A stretch of DNA of 64,000 nucleotides from Octopus vulgaris (Eukaryota), in NCBI GenBank assembly GCA_951406725.2, contig OX597818.1, positions 6,510,001-6,574,000 of the forward strand, given 5' to 3'. The notes under the pieces were generated by a model. The model searched no databases. It saw only the letters and a list, made by a program, of their open reading frames with translations, and was not told the DNA's origin. The position numbers and the translations under genes were made by a program. Shown piece by piece: positions 1 through 13,900 of this stretch; position 1 is the first letter of the stretch, and the number at the start of each line of letters is the position of its first letter.

Positions 1-658
1 ATTAAGCTTCTAGGAAATGGTTGAAACATGGGGCACCGCCGTTAGCTTCACTCTACCTTCACTGCTTGTAAACTCCTCTGATATGTGGCATTTGATAAAT
101 GAGTGGGTTTTATGCTACTGCTGCCCTCATTTGCGTTTCCTGTCGTAAGATAGGCTCTTCAGGATCACTTGACTTTAAAGAATAAGCTTGGAAAACATGG
201 ACACGCTTTTCCCCCTATCCAGATGATTGGGGAAATGCACGTCTCACTAACAATAAAAAATATATGTAAACATGTACATAAGATGTACGTAAATATATAT
301 GTAAACTATATGTAAAGTTGTACAGATATTGGCAATGATGTTAGAAATAATATAATTTCATATAAAAAGAAAACTGTTTGAGGGAAATCTTATTTGTGCA
401 AATGAAATACTAATATTATTTCACGATTGCTTTTTGGACGATAGATATACAGAATTGCCAAAATGTCGGAAAACACCACACGCTATCTTTTTACGTTTTT
501 TACCGCCCGAATTCAAATTCACTCGTACTAAACTTCGCTTCCATCCATTTTGTAGGGGTCAATAATCTAAAAGTACTGAGTATAAGCAATTAAAGTAAAG
601 TACTGAATACAATGCCATTATCACCCAAAAAGTCTTGTGCCATTTTAACCGTGTGTTC

Positions 659-1063
659 TTAGATACAAACATACACACAAGAATGTGGAGAATATTTTGC
701 AGTTTCATCAATTACATTTGATAACATAGTAATTACGTGAAAAAAGGTGACTTTCCTTTTTTCTGCTATGATATAATAAATACCACAATCAAGCACTGCA
801 ATCAATACAGAAATGTAATCGAATATCAACACCTTTGGCCCTGCCACGGTTATTGCTGACAGCTTCAAAACCAATAAAATTATTTGTCTTGTGAATGCTT
901 GTGTGTCGCTGTAAGAAAGAAAGTATGCCTGTGTGTACATATGTAGGTTTCTGTTGAATGGAAACGTAGTAAAATGTACGACAGAGAAAACGTTTAATTC
1001 ACAATAATCAAACCCAAAACATATTGGAATTATAATTGAAGGTAGGGTGTCAGCAGTGACTGA
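659..1063 (-). pseudogene. Possible decayed class A GPCR/chemoreceptor fragment (TM1-TM4-like)
   Basis: The frame of ORF 659..940 stays open upstream to 1063, with no Met. It reads IIIPICFG..LNVFSVV (TM1-like), YFLSYSDT (LxxxD-like TM2) and ISVLIAVLDC (TM3-end-like). Resemblance is by eye only. Confidence 0.25.
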
Positions 1064-2167
1064 CTATACTGGATGTTATATCCATATATATATATAGTTA
1101 TAGACCAAAACGTGATAATTACAAGCGGTATATTTCCCGCATATGTGAAACTTTTACTGTAATTTTATTAGTATGGATGTTAATTACAACTTAGATTTTT
1201 GTTGCAAGATATTTAATATATATAAGCTATTTATATTTCATTCACTTTCCGCTGATGGGAAAAGAATGCGACAGTGCTGAGTTGACTATTTACTTACCAT
1301 AAAAATTATTCGAAAATTCGATGCCTTGCAGTGAAAGGCAACAGATGTCAGTTGTTACATTTCCTTCCACGTGATATTTTTCCATTATCAAACAACTAAA
1401 TGAAAACGTTTATTGCCAGTACTTTTTTCAGATACCAACAGTCATTTTCCATACCCTATGTACGTGCTTTGATTGAAGATCTCTACTCAATATCATCAAC
1501 GACTTTAACTACCTAAGAATCTCCTCACGTTCGCTAATGAAAACAACACCAGAAACACATGAGAATTTGAATACTTTTTGTATATACTCGAGAGCCTTTC
1601 CAATACATATAAATGAGCATTAGGGCTTCGTTTTTAAATCCATATAATACTGTTCATATGTATTAATGCAAGTCAAGTTATGCAGTTTATTTATCATGGG
1701 TGATAGGACCATTCCAAACCTTCAAATAACTTCTTTTGTTATCACATTTCCAAGATTGCAGATCTTTCAGATTTATTACATCTATTAAATCAGTATATTT
1801 CATCATCATTTTGAATTGATTCAATTTCTACTTTGTTTACCGGATTGATTGAAAATTATTTTAAAAAGCTTCTTATTTCTGCTTGATGCTTGTCTTACGG
1901 TATTATTGATAGAATCGACACCACAAACGCATTCAGACCAAGAGTAGATACATTTCCAATGGTTTTCAAAGAAATAGATAATTCGGAGTCGTATGTGAGG
2001 ACACTTAGATTTTGTATATCAAGGGAAAAATTATTTAGAAAGTGTTTTATTTTACTTTTGAAAAATTATTTTTCTATATGTAGTCTTCCACGTTTTAATC
2101 ATGCTCTCAAATGTCTCTTCTACATTAATGCCTTTAACAATAATAATAATAATTACAATAATACTTA

Positions 2168-2305
2168 TTATTTCTACTATGGGTACAAGGCCTGTAATCT
2201 GGGGTAGGTGGGTAGTCGATTTCATCGACCCTACTGCTTGATTGGTACTCATTTTATTGACCCCCAAAGAGTGAGAGGCAAAGACAACCGCGACGGAATT
2301 TGAGA
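2168..2305 (-). mobile_element. Degenerate 3' part of tRNA-derived SINE (family B, Nin/Deu-domain-like)
   Basis: Matches the 12459-12688 copy (gtcgat..atcgacccc..tggtact..ttatcgacccc..aaag..ggaatttga). Confidence 0.7.
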
Positions 2306-3290
2306 ATTTGAGTTTAGAAAGAGATAGACTTGGACTCACTCCTTATATTTTTTTACCATTTGTAAAAAATATTCCTGAAATATTATTTCTGCGATACTCA
2401 AGTCTGTCTCTTTCTTTTTTGCCTCACTTTTACCTTCCCCTCTCTCTCTCTGCGTCTTTGTCTCTATTTCCTTCCCAAATATTCTTCTGTTTATTCTTCC
2501 CCTCTGCGATCCACGGCTCTTTTTCGCTCTCCTCCCACTACCACGTGACCCGTGGCCAACTAATTCCCTGCCATTCTTTTTCATTTGGCCGCTGACTAGC
2601 TCGGTCACGATTCCTTGTGTTCCTTCATTCTTTTCCTCCAGAGTTTGTTTACTTCTTCCTTCGTTCTCCCCTTCTTCTGCCTCCAGTCCTTTAGGAAATT
2701 TTCATTTCCTTTTGTGTTTCCCATATTCGTCTGTCTGATAGCCCCACAGTTCTCAATGATACTGTGTCGTATTGCCAGCTGGAGACGATGTTTTCTGGGG
2801 CTAAATAACACCAACATTCATCCCAACAGGGACTTCCACATTATTTTGGCAAAAAATCTTTACATTTGAGTACTGATTTTGAATGTCCCTCGTTGAGAAA
2901 TTTAGAAATAATGATGCTTTTATTTATCAGATCAGTAAGTATGTGTCACTTTGAAAATTATATATATTTTTGAACAGGAGTTTAGCAGCGCCATCTATAG
3001 CCAATCAGTTATTCTGTACTGAGGAAGAGAAAAATATAAGGAAACAAAGAGTGTGTCGTATAGCCAGCTGGAGACGATGTTATCTGGTGCTAAATGACAG
3101 TAGCATTCGTCCTAAATGAGACTGTCACGTTATGTTGGCAACTAAACTTTGCTACTATTTTTCTTTTATAAAAATCAGTGAAATATTATTTATGTAACGC
3201 AACGAACTCCCTGTTTTTTTTTACTTTTATATATATGTGTGTATGTGTGTGTGTGTGTATGTGTGTGTGTGTGTATGTATGTATATTATT

Positions 3291-4143
3291 CAGGATGCGG
3301 TAAATATATTACCGTCTAAATTACGCAAAAAGTGAAAATAACATTGACATCTCATTTAGCAGATATATTTACCAAAATTAGATGAAAATATCTTGAAATA
3401 CTGAATAGGAAATTTATTCAATAAAATCGCCATTGGCTTCAACCACGCCCTCCAGACGCCTTCGGGATCTCCTGCAATTCTTCTGAATCCTCTCCTTGTT
3501 TAAGTTCGTGAATGCTGTCATAATCCTTACCTTCATTTAATCTTTGGTGTTACAAGGAGTTTTGTTGGTTTCTTGCTGATCTGCGCCTCACACAGTCTAG
3601 GGAGTTAGGTGGCCAGATATTAGGGGCGATGTGGTCGCAGAAATTGCCTGACCGCAATGACTACGTTCTCCTACTTGTGTGGCATGGTGCAGAGTCTTGT
3701 TGCCAGACATAGGATCTTCCAGCAGCCAACCTCTTGTCACAGGGCGCCACTACCTCCTTTAGGCATTTGATGTAGGCCTCCGTGTTGAGTTTGAGGACGT
3801 GTTGTAAGATGAATAGAATCAAAACTCCGCCATCACTAGGGAACACCACAAACACCATGATGTTGACTGGATTTCTGATTTTTATCACTCTCAGTACATG
3901 TTTTGAAGACAAAGCAAGCCAACGGTTGTTCTGTGTGTTTACCATTTGTTCATATTGGAGCTTCCGGTACGATACCAACCAGTACAAATTTCTGGAAGAG
4001 TAAATTGCGTCATGATGGCGTTTTTCTCACACATGGTACCTAACTAACCCTACTACACTGTGTTGTCGATAAAATGAAAAACAAATTATGTGCATGCGCA
4101 AAATTAGAAGTATAACATGGCAACAATTTACAAATCACACCCT
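3291..4143 (-). mobile_element. Internally deleted Tc1/mariner element, maT/DD37D-like
   Basis: ORF 3661..3987 has 'LKLNTEAYIKCL..YVWQQDSAPCHTSR', followed by a WPPNS remnant. The ends are diverged CAGG(G/A)TG-type TIRs next to TA-rich flanks. Confidence 0.75.
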
Positions 4144-4229
4144 ATATATTACATACACACACACTCACACACACATATGCATATATAGATATATATATAT
4201 ATATATACACACATACATATATATTTATA

Positions 4230-4305
4230 GGCGCAGGCGTAAGTGTCTACTATAGCCTCGGGCCGACCAAAGTGGATTTGGCAGACGGAAACTGAAAGAA
4301 GCCCG

Positions 4306-4340
<35 letters not shown>

Positions 4341-4573
4341 TGTGTGTGTGCGTGTGTATGCGTGTTTGTATGTGTCTGTGTTTGTCCCCCACCATCACTT
4401 GAGAACCGATGTTGGTGTGTTTATGTCCCCGTAACTTAGCGGTTTAGCAAAAGAGACCGATAGAATAAGCATCAGGCTTACAACGAATAAGTCCTGGGGT
4501 CAATTTGTTCGACTAAAGTCGGTGCTCCAGTATGGCCGTTGTCAAATGACTGAAACATATAACAGGATAAAAG
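4230..4573 (+). mobile_element. tRNA-derived SINE family A, internally deleted copy
   Basis: Shares ggcgcagg start, tatagcctcgggccgaccaaag, gacggaaactgaaagaagcccgtc, internal (TA)n/(TG)n and gtcaaatgactgaaaca tail with the full copy at 17862-18273. Confidence 0.85.
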
Positions 4574-4794
4574 GATGTATACACACACACACATATGTAT
4601 ACATATGCACGTGTGCGTGTATGTGTGTATGTGTGTGTATGCGTGTGTGTGTGTGTGGTTCAATTGCAGGATTTTTTAGAATATAGATATATCAAAATGT
4701 AAGGTGCCAGGTCAGCTGGGTATTTAGCATTTGTCATTGAAACAACTCATATATGTGTTTTGTTGGTAGCATATAGCAATTATATATTCATGTA

Positions 4795-6084
4795 CGATTG
4801 ACGTTCAATAAGTAATGCCCCTGACCCACTTGCAGTTGTTTGATCTAGCTGAAATTTTGCATGTGCAATTATTTATATCCCTATAGATTAAGTAGCAAAT
4901 TACAGCTCTGAACTAATTGTGGTTTCTGATTCACAGGTGTTTGAACTGAGTCAAGTGTGAAATGGAGCCTGTTGAGTGTCGAGCAGTGATCCGTTTTTAT
5001 ATTTGAAAAGACGCACACCACGGGAGACTTTTGATGAAATGAAAGTAACTTATGGTGATGATGCCCCATCATATGACCTTGTAAAACGCTGGCATCGTGA
5101 ATTCAAACATGGTGGGAAATCTGTGGAAACAGCCCCCAGATCTGGTCGCCCTCCTTCTGCCATTGATGAGGCATCTGCCCGAGAAGTTGAGGCTGCCATT
5201 TTGGAAGATCGATGCATAACTATTCGCCAAATAGCCCATGAGGTCAAGATTAGTACTGGGTCTGTGGAAACTATCATTCATGACCATTTGCATATGCAAA
5301 AGGTGTCTGCCAGATGTATTCCTAGGTTGCTCACACCTTTCCAGAAGCAAGAACGCGTCGAGTGCTCGAAGATGAATTTGGAGATGTGCCAAGAAGATGA
5401 GTCAACATTATTCAAAAGACTGATTACACAGGATGAAACCTGGCTCCATCACTATGATCCAGAGACCAAAGCCCAGTCAATGCAACAGAAGCACCGTGAC
5501 TCACCTCCTCCAAAGAAGGCAAGGGTGCAGCCCTCTGCTGGCAAGGTCATGCTCACATTCTTCTGGGACCAGGACGGAGTAGTAATGACAGATTTCCTGG
5601 CAAAGGGTACCACAATTACAGGAGCCTATTATGCTTCACTTTTAAGGAAATTAAGAGAAGCTATCAAAATCAAGAGGCGGGGCAAGATCAGCAAAGGCAT
5701 CCTCCTCCTACAGGACAACGCTCCGGTCCACAACTCGCGTGTCGCCAGATCAGAAGCACAGGCCTGTGGCTATGAACTCCTCCCCCATCCCCCTACTCTC
5801 CTGACCTTGCACCTTCTGATTTTCACCTCTTCCCAGCCATGAAGTTGTTTTTGAAAGGAAAGCGTTTCCCAGATGATGCAGCCTTGATTTCTGAAGTCAC
5901 GTCGTGGTTGGAGGACCAAGCTGGGGTCTTCGACAAAAACGGTCTCCAAAGCTGCATCAAACGATGGTAAAAATGTGTAACTCTGGGTGGTTCCTATGTA
6001 GAAAAAGACTAATAATTGTGCCAAGTTTCGTTGCTCTACTGCTATAGGAAGTGGGTAGGGACATTACTTATTGAATGCCCCTCG
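4795..6084 (+). mobile_element. Full-length mariner transposon copy 1 (about 1.29 kb)
   Basis: TIRs cgattgacgttcaataagtaatgcccctgacccactt / aagtgggtagggacattacttattgaatgcccctcg, with TA on both sides (4793-4794, 6085-6086). Confidence 0.95.
4962..6012 (+). pseudogene. Mariner DD34D transposase, frameshifted
   Basis: Starts MEPVECRAVIRF at 4962 and shifts into ORF 4976..5842 (TQDETW, LLQDNAP). A second shift near 5790 interrupts PHPPYSPDLAPSDF, there is an internal TAA near 5968, and it ends GGSYVEKD*. Confidence 0.93.
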
Positions 6085-6397
6085 TATATATAGACATATA
6101 TCTCTCTATGTAAATGTATACGCTGACAGATACATATAAAGATTGGTACGCAAAACAATACAAACTGTAGATTCAAACCAGGGATGATTCAATATGTAGC
6201 AAATGTATAAAAGAATATAAGTGAGGTTTAAAATTCACTACAGCTGTTTTTGCAGCCCTTTTTTATGCATTCTGAGATTACTTCGTGAGGAGTCTTAACT
6301 AGCTAATTTGTTTGTTGTAAGTGCAGTGACTGTGCCACTGATTTCCTATATATTGCCATCTGAAGTCAGCTACTGCTATCTCTGACGAACGAATATC

Positions 6398-6446
6398 CAC
6401 CACCGATGATGACCACAAAGTGATCGAAACCGTGCGTTCTGATGGT
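6398..6446 (+). ncRNA. Degenerate Penelope-type hammerhead ribozyme relic
   Basis: cacca-CCGATGA-t-gaccac aaa gtgatc-GAAAC-cgtgc-GTT-ctgatgg. The core has a U4->C change, so it is probably inactive. Confidence 0.4.
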
Positions 6447-6599
6447 CTGGAAAGGTCCATGCATTACATGCATTTTCCGGCATTAAACTGTACATTGTCT
6501 TCCTCAGCTCAAATGTATATCGCATCCAACATGTATTGCAAGTGCACAGTATTTCCAGGATTTTGTATCTTAGCTAGCAAGGGTAGCTATCTAAGCAGC

Positions 6600-7200
6600 T
6601 GAGGGCATACTTAAGACACTGACCGTCTTCTTCTATCTTTTAGAACGCACCGTATTTTCCTAATTTTTCGACTAAGCCCAGGATCACGCATCGTGTGACA
6701 TATCATTCCATAGTCGACTTAATCAAAAGCTTTTGCGAAGTCGAGACTTATTATGTCCACATTTAATTTGTTGTGTAGGCGCGTTGACGCCGAATCGTAG
6801 TGCTATAAGAGGTGTTAAAAAACTTCAATCTGGTCGAAAACTCAAGAAGTCAGTCTCTTCAAGGAATGCAATTAATTTCCTGCAGAGTTTTCGTTCCATG
6901 ACTGCTGATGAGTGATGTCAGAGAGAGAGAGGCCTATAACTTTTATCACCTGCTCTGCTTTTTTCCGTTATGGACAAGGTATATTTTCCTTCGTTTACTT
7001 TGCCTGAGAGCTTACCGCTTGCGAGGAAGCTCTGAAAATGAAGCTGCAATGGTTTTGCAAGAGCTCGTTTACATGATTTGAGACGGATTGCTGCATTTGC
7101 GTTTACCTCGCCTATGGATAGTATTACATCTTCTTGAATGTTGATGTAATCAATTATTATCGCCTACTTGGTTACAGGTGTACTCCACTGGCTTGTTCAC
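6600..7200 (-). mobile_element. Decayed CR1-like LINE reverse transcriptase fragment
   Basis: Minus-strand translation shows YRPLSLTS and LDFAKAFD*VDYGMI motifs. Homologous to 33230-33700. Confidence 0.75.
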
Positions 7201-8786
7201 ATGCCTTATTATCTTACAAAAATTCGGCTTTTCATTGCGTTCATTAGACCTTCCGGAACACTTTCATGTGATTAGAGAAGAAAAAGGAGAAAGAAAAAGA
7301 GTGAGGAAGAAAAGGAAGAGAAAGAAGCGTCCATGACGTTAGGTAAAGGGATTGTAATTGTAATGTTTTTACTTGATTAGTTGAAGGGAAAGAGAACAAA
7401 AAGGAAAAAGGAGGTAGGAAAAGGGATAAGGCAAAAAGTGAGACAGAAAGTGGGAGAAAGAAAAAGAGGGATATACATGCGTCCATGATGTGAGGTAGGG
7501 GAACGTAATATTTATTACGTGGTAAAAAAATGTTAGTTGAAGGTAGAGTAGGAGAGTTAGAATTATAATTTTAGCAAATATATGATGTTCTTATGGTAAG
7601 GTTAAAGAAACGCAGTGATAGAGAGGGAAGAGAGAGGAGGAGAGAGATGATGATGATGATGATGGTAGAGGTGGTGGTGGCTGCATAGTGAAAAGTGTAT
7701 TTTTTAAAAAATTGATCATAGTGTTTTATATCACCTATCACTTAACGCTTACGCGGAAGTGCAATTCTGTAAAATAGTCATGCCTACTTACGTTGTGTAT
7801 ATATTTATATATATATGTGTGTGTGTGTGTATGTGTGTGTGTGTGTGTGTGTGTGTATGTTGGTATATATATATACATGTGTGTGTGTGTGTGTGTGTGT
7901 GTGCAATTGAATTAAGGATTGTATTATAAGTACTGGATAACTTTATTTTTTGTTTGTGGGGAAAATGAGAAAATAAGAGTGAATATTTATTTTATGAATG
8001 CTATGTATTATGTCTATAAAATTGTACATAAAGTATATAAAGTGCATTAAGTAATCATCGTATTCCAACTTCTTTCACTTTTCAATGAGTAGCAGATGAG
8101 CGACTATCTTTCCATAAAGACACAACACTGGCTACACTTTCAGGTTTTTTGGATAAAGTTTTCAGAAAATAATTCAATAGGTTTACCATTAATTCCGTGA
8201 ACCTTTTCTACGCATCTTATTGAATTACGGACTAAGTCATATTTCTAAATATTTTTTTCAAAATTACTCATATACAGTACAGATACGCGTTGCCTTTTGT
8301 TAATTAGTAATTTGTCTCATTGGGAAATGTTTATTGCATCATCAGGAATTTATTGGTTAAGGGAATTTTTAATGAGTAAAACCTTGTCTCTCATATTTTA
8401 TTCCTAGGAAGCATATGTCTTTTAAGTATTTTGTAACTTATTAGCATATGAAAAGAATGCAATCACCAACCAAGTGCTAGATTTGTGTGAAACTGTTTTG
8501 TCTATGTTAATGATTGACGTTATTTCTTGTGAAATTTATCAAGTATGTAAATTCATACCCTTCACTTCATTACGCACGTAAGAAAGAATTAAGCCATTCA
8601 CGCTAAAATAAAACAAAACAAGGATTTGTAAGTATTGCAAAATACGATAACACCTAACCATACTAATAATTAACAATGCACTTCCATATATATGTTTACT
8701 ATTTAGCACACAGAAGTAAAACTTATAATACATTCAGTGATGAAGACCTACTCAAGGAAATATAGAGCAGCACACGTAAACGCGCA

Positions 8787-8791
8787 AACAC

Positions 8792-8874
<83 letters not shown>

Positions 8875-8890
8875 CACACACACACACACA
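8787..8890. repeat. (CA)n microsatellite
   Basis: Direct reading. Confidence 0.95.
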
Positions 8891-9127
8891 CTTATTCATT
8901 GACTGACGCACATATACATATCATACAGATTCGTTTGTTGAAACAAATTTGTCGTAAATACTTCCCAAACTCTAATTTTCTCCAAATCTAAAAGAAAGGA
9001 TTAAATGTGAGTGCATGCTATAAAATCATCACGTCTCTCTGTAATACCTATTGTTATGATTATTTCCTGTGATACATTAACATGGAAGAAATAAAGAAAC
9101 ACAGATATATCATACAAAATGAAAATA

Positions 9128-9182
<55 letters not shown>

Positions 9183-9267
9183 GTAATGTAACATATTGTA
9201 TAGATAAATTTCCTCTATTTACATAATATTGAGGTCTCTTTCTTCTTTTGTTATCTTACCGTTTTAT

Positions 9268-9317
<50 letters not shown>

Positions 9318-10541
9318 TGCACGAATAATAGTACGAAAACATAAGACATATATGTATGTATCACAGCAATATAAAGAAATCTCATTGATCAGAAAATGGT
9401 GAAATGCGATGGAAAGAAAACTATATTGATCTGGAAACTAAGAAACCATTTAAATCTACGCTAAAAAAAATACAACGCCCTCTTTGCTGTTATTCTTGTA
9501 AAAAAATATATGTTCTGTTATATTTCTGTTGATGATGTCGCTTGTTTTACTATATTATTATGTTATTCCAAATTACATTGTTGGTTATTTCTATTCTTTG
9601 AATCAAACAACCATCGCAATTATATAATTACTGCTTTAAGGAAAAGATCTATATATAATTCCAATAGAATCTCTTCTCGAACATATGAACAAACCTTACA
9701 TAAAACTTGAGAAGGAAGCAAACATATTCGCATCCCAAACGTCAGATATAAAGATTTCTTTTTCCTTTGCTTATTTCTGTAAATGACGAAAGCTAGCACT
9801 CTTTCTATAAAAGATTATTCGCCCAAACCATCTCGTAGGAAGTAAATGAGATGAGAATATACATGAGTTCGACACAAATAATTATTTCCCATTGTATTCT
9901 TGTGTTGCTGTTCACCATTTTAAGATAATTTGAAGATGCAGGAATAAAAGTTCGAGGCCAGCAGATAAAGAAAATTACAGAATAGGGATAAAAAGGAAAA
10001 TGATATTTTGTTGCGAATAACAATTATATCGAATAAAATCTTACTTTCGAATTTTCAGTTGAATTACAGATACATTTTCCTCGGGGATTTAGTAGTAAAA
10101 AATGTCGAGAGACATCTTGGAACTATTATGAAACAAGGCAGAAGCATTTATGATAAAATATAGATAAGCGTATGTAAAGGACAAAACTAACAAATAACCG
10201 TTTGGAAATCGAGAAAAAAAGAGGGACAAGGACCATAATTTGAAAAATATCACAAAATGCATTACGAAATAACTAAACCTAAATGTAAAAAGAATTGTGG
10301 AATCGTACTAGCTTGAATAGAATGTGGTAAATAATTCGGTTTTCACTTTCGTATCTTAATAAGTGTATGATTAGATGCATAGAAGGAAAATAAAATCGAT
10401 AAAGTTGAGTATCGTGTAAAAATTGATCCTCCTTCTATATAGAATTTTTTAGGGAAATACATTTAAATAATTCACTGAATGTCGGTGTCTATCTAAAATG
10501 AATGAATTTTTTTCTCGGGTGGAGAGTGAATATAAACGCAT

Positions 10542-10593
<52 letters not shown>

Positions 10594-10794
10594 CCGTGTA
10601 AAAAATGATGCTGACATTAAATATACATATAGTGATATAACTGAAATAATTCAGAAATAAGCAAAGTAACGAGAAGCACCTATGCATATTTATGTATGCA
10701 TGTATATATACGCGTGTGTACGTGTGTGTGTGTGTTTGTGTGTGTGAGAGTGTGTGTGTACACAGACATGACATATGTAAACAGACACCCAATG

Positions 10795-11930
10795 GAACAG
10801 TTTTTTGTTTATTCCAACTTGTGATGGTCTTTATCTTTTATTAATTGACATTTTTATGTTTCAGGTTCTATATGTGACTGTTTATTCATGCCATGTATAA
10901 AAGAAACCTTGAAACTGTCTGAATTTCAATGAGGCTGTATTGTGGCTCATTCTGAAGGTGAGCATAGTCAGCGTAAAATCGCAAAAAATCTTGGGATCCA
11001 GCTTTCTGCAGTTAAAAGACTGATTGTGGAATTCATCAGAGAAGGGTAGGAGTTCACATCGCCTGGCCCAGATCAAGTAGGGCCCTCTGACAGTTCCCTA
11101 TATTTGCTAAGAGAAATGTGGAAGATAAACCTCGTTGCAGTGCTTCTGATATAGCAAAACAAGTTGATGTCAGTTCCAAAACGGCTGTCATGTATCTCCA
11201 CGAACTTTTTTACTATGGCAGATCAGCAAGAATGAAGTCACCTCTTCTACCAGCCAACATCCAGCGGAGAAAAGATTAGTTCAGTGAGATGGTGGGAAGG
11301 TCACTAGGAATTTCGGACACTGTTATATTCTCTGAGGAATTCAGATTTGCTGTATTTTCTGTCATTCGTCGAGTGTGGGTCTGGAGACACTGTGATCAAG
11401 AATTTGGTGTGAAAATATTGCAGCCAATAATGAAAAACTGCAGCTATTCCGTGATGGTCTGGGGATCAGTTTGAAGCAATGACTGGTCAGATAAATATAT
11501 GTCCATATTGCGGAGAGAACTCCTTCTAATCTTCTTCATTAGTGAAATGATTAAAGAATACTCTTTATTTATAAAAGATGGGACTACTTCTCACACGATT
11601 AAAATGGCACAAGATATTTTGGGTGAGAATGGCATTAAAAAACCTTCATGACCGAGCCAGTCACCAGATATGAACCCTATTACACACCTCTATGACATAA
11701 TAGACAATACATTTTATAAAAAGAACAAAAAAGCATCTTTAAAGCCAGATCTTTTGAGATTGCTGCATGAAACGTGGCAAGAATTTCCGCCAGAGAATAT
11801 TCTTCATTTGATCAGTAACATGCCTAATAGGGTCCTTGCATTGAAAAATGCAAAGGGTATGTCTATTAAATATTAAGTATTCACATTATAACAATTAATA
11901 ATTTGAATGTATAATTTCATATCTAAATAT
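10795..11930 (+). mobile_element. Decayed Tc1-like (DD34E) transposon
   Basis: Fragments VIFSEEFRF, SVMVWGSV, SQSPDMNPITHLYD and LISNMPNRVLALKNAKGMSIKY* occur in Tc1 order. Confidence 0.85.
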
Positions 11931-12125
11931 ATTTTGCTCTATATTTAAGATATGAGGAATTATGTACATTATTTACATTCGACGGATATTTGTCATCATC
12001 TTGTTTGTTGTTAACATAACGCTTCAGCTGATTTACCCTCCAGCCTTCTTCAGGTGTCTTGGAGAAATTTCGAAACTGGGTTCTCATTCCTAAAGTATTT
12101 TTCGATGTTGCTGCTGCTGTAGTTG

Positions 12126-12207
<82 letters not shown>

Positions 12208-12210
<3 letters not shown>

Positions 12211-12421
12211 TCTTTACTCTTTTACTTGTTTCAGTCATTTGACTGCGGCCATGCTGGAGCACCGCCTTTAGTCGAGCAAATCGACCCCAGGACTTATTCT
12301 TTGTAAGCTTAGTACGTATGCTATCGGTTTCTTTTGCCTAACCGCTTAGTTACAAGGACGTAAACACACCAGCATCTTCAAGCGATGTTGGGGAGACAAA
12401 CACAGACACACAAACATACAG

Positions 12422-12459
<38 letters not shown>

Positions 12460-12848
12460 TTCTTTACTACCCACAAGGAGCTAAACACAGAGGGGACAAA
12501 CAAGGACAGACAAACGGATTAAGTCGATTACATCGACCCCAGTGCGTAACTGGTACTTAATTTATCGACCCCGAAAGGATGAAAGGCAAAGTCGACCTCG
12601 GCGGAATTTGAACTCGGAACGTAACGACAGATGAAATGCGGCTACGCATTTCGCCCGACGCGGTAACGTTTCTGCCAGCTCACCGCCTGGCATATACATA
12701 TAAAACGGGCTTCTTTCAGTTTCCGTCTACCAAATCCACTCACAAGGCTTTGGTCGGCCCGAGGCTATAGTAGAAGACAGTTGCACAAGGTGCCACGCAG
12801 TGGGACTGAACCCGGAACCATGTGGTTGGTAAGCAAGCTACTTACCAC
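12208..12848 (-). mobile_element. SINE family A inserted in the (TAA)n of family H
   Basis: Reverse complement of the 17862-18273 copy, interrupted by a family B SINE. Confidence 0.9.
12459..12688 (-). mobile_element. SINE family B (Nin/Deu-domain-like), nested
   Basis: Reverse complement reads aggcggtgagctggcagaaacgtta..gagttcaaattccgccgaggtcgactttgcctttcatcctttcggggtcgataaattaagtaccag. It sits in the internal CA/TA tract of family A. Confidence 0.9.
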
Positions 12849-12849
12849 A

Positions 12850-12972
<123 letters not shown>

Positions 12973-13419
12973 CCAGGTCACTGCTTGGAATCGAACTCGG
13001 AATCTTGGGGTTAGAAGCCCGGACTCTTAACCACTATGCCAATTATGGAGTGAATTTTAGGGTCTATAAATCTAATATTTTTCTATCCTTCCTTAATACC
13101 AGAGAAATATGCGAAACAATATCATTTAAGGAAATATGGACGTACCTCGTCGCAGGGAAGTTAAATAGCTGCATACGTTTGAGATTGTGAGATAAAAATA
13201 TTCAGGGATAGATAGCAATATGCTAGAGTACATATGAGAAGCTATAAGCGTGTGTGTGTGTGTCCATGCTTTTGTGGGCGCGCGTGTGTGCGCATATATA
13301 CATATATACATATGCACTCACACACTTACACACACACACGCTACCGATATAGGGAAAGGAAGACTGAACAGTCACTGGTGTTGCAATTAGCTACCCATTG
13401 GTTGGCAATGGTTACATGC

Positions 13420-13900
13420 TACTAACTAAACTTAACGAGACATCATTATCTGTTGCTGCTGGGCGATTTTCGTTTGCTAAATATTTGTAAGTGTCGTGCT
13501 TTTGATCAAATCAGCGGAATAGGTTCTTATTTCAGTTCAAATACGGAACGTCTTTGAGTGATAATGTCTCCTGTCTATTAATGGTATGAATTTGGTTTTT
13601 CCCGATGTAGCTAGGACTTGTAGAAATGTAACAGTTTTAATATAATATTGTTTTTGTTGCATATAAGGGATTTAGTTATAGCCGAGTGGCCAATTGCAAC
13701 TCTAGTTAATGTTTAGTCTCTGTTTTCCTACATGGATAGTGAAATATTTCCTTTTAGGATGCGGTTGTCTCTGAGTATATATTACTGACAATGACCAATG
13801 CGGTAGAAATACGCATCTAGTATTATCGCCTCAAAGTATGGATAGTCTTAGAGTACCAGCTACTTCTGGCTAAGGAGACACAACGTATAAAATACTCGTG
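13420..13900 (-). mobile_element. Possible decayed Penelope GIY-YIG remnant
   Basis: Minus translation near 13580-13640 gives CYISTSPSYIGKTK, resembling the C..C...YIGxT motif. Boundaries are uncertain. Confidence 0.35.

Noticed and set aside
2308-2869. Hydrophobic ORFs resembling membrane proteins
   Set aside because: CT-rich low-complexity sequence explains the F/L/S bias.
9330-10480. Complex non-repetitive stretch that might be a decayed gene
   Set aside because: Frequent stops in all frames and no motif I can identify with confidence.
12973-13040. tRNA gene (also 27313-27385 and 38561-38656)
   Set aside because: A/B boxes are present, but there is no proper acceptor stem and the sequences run into SINE bodies or (TAA)n. 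These are SINE heads.
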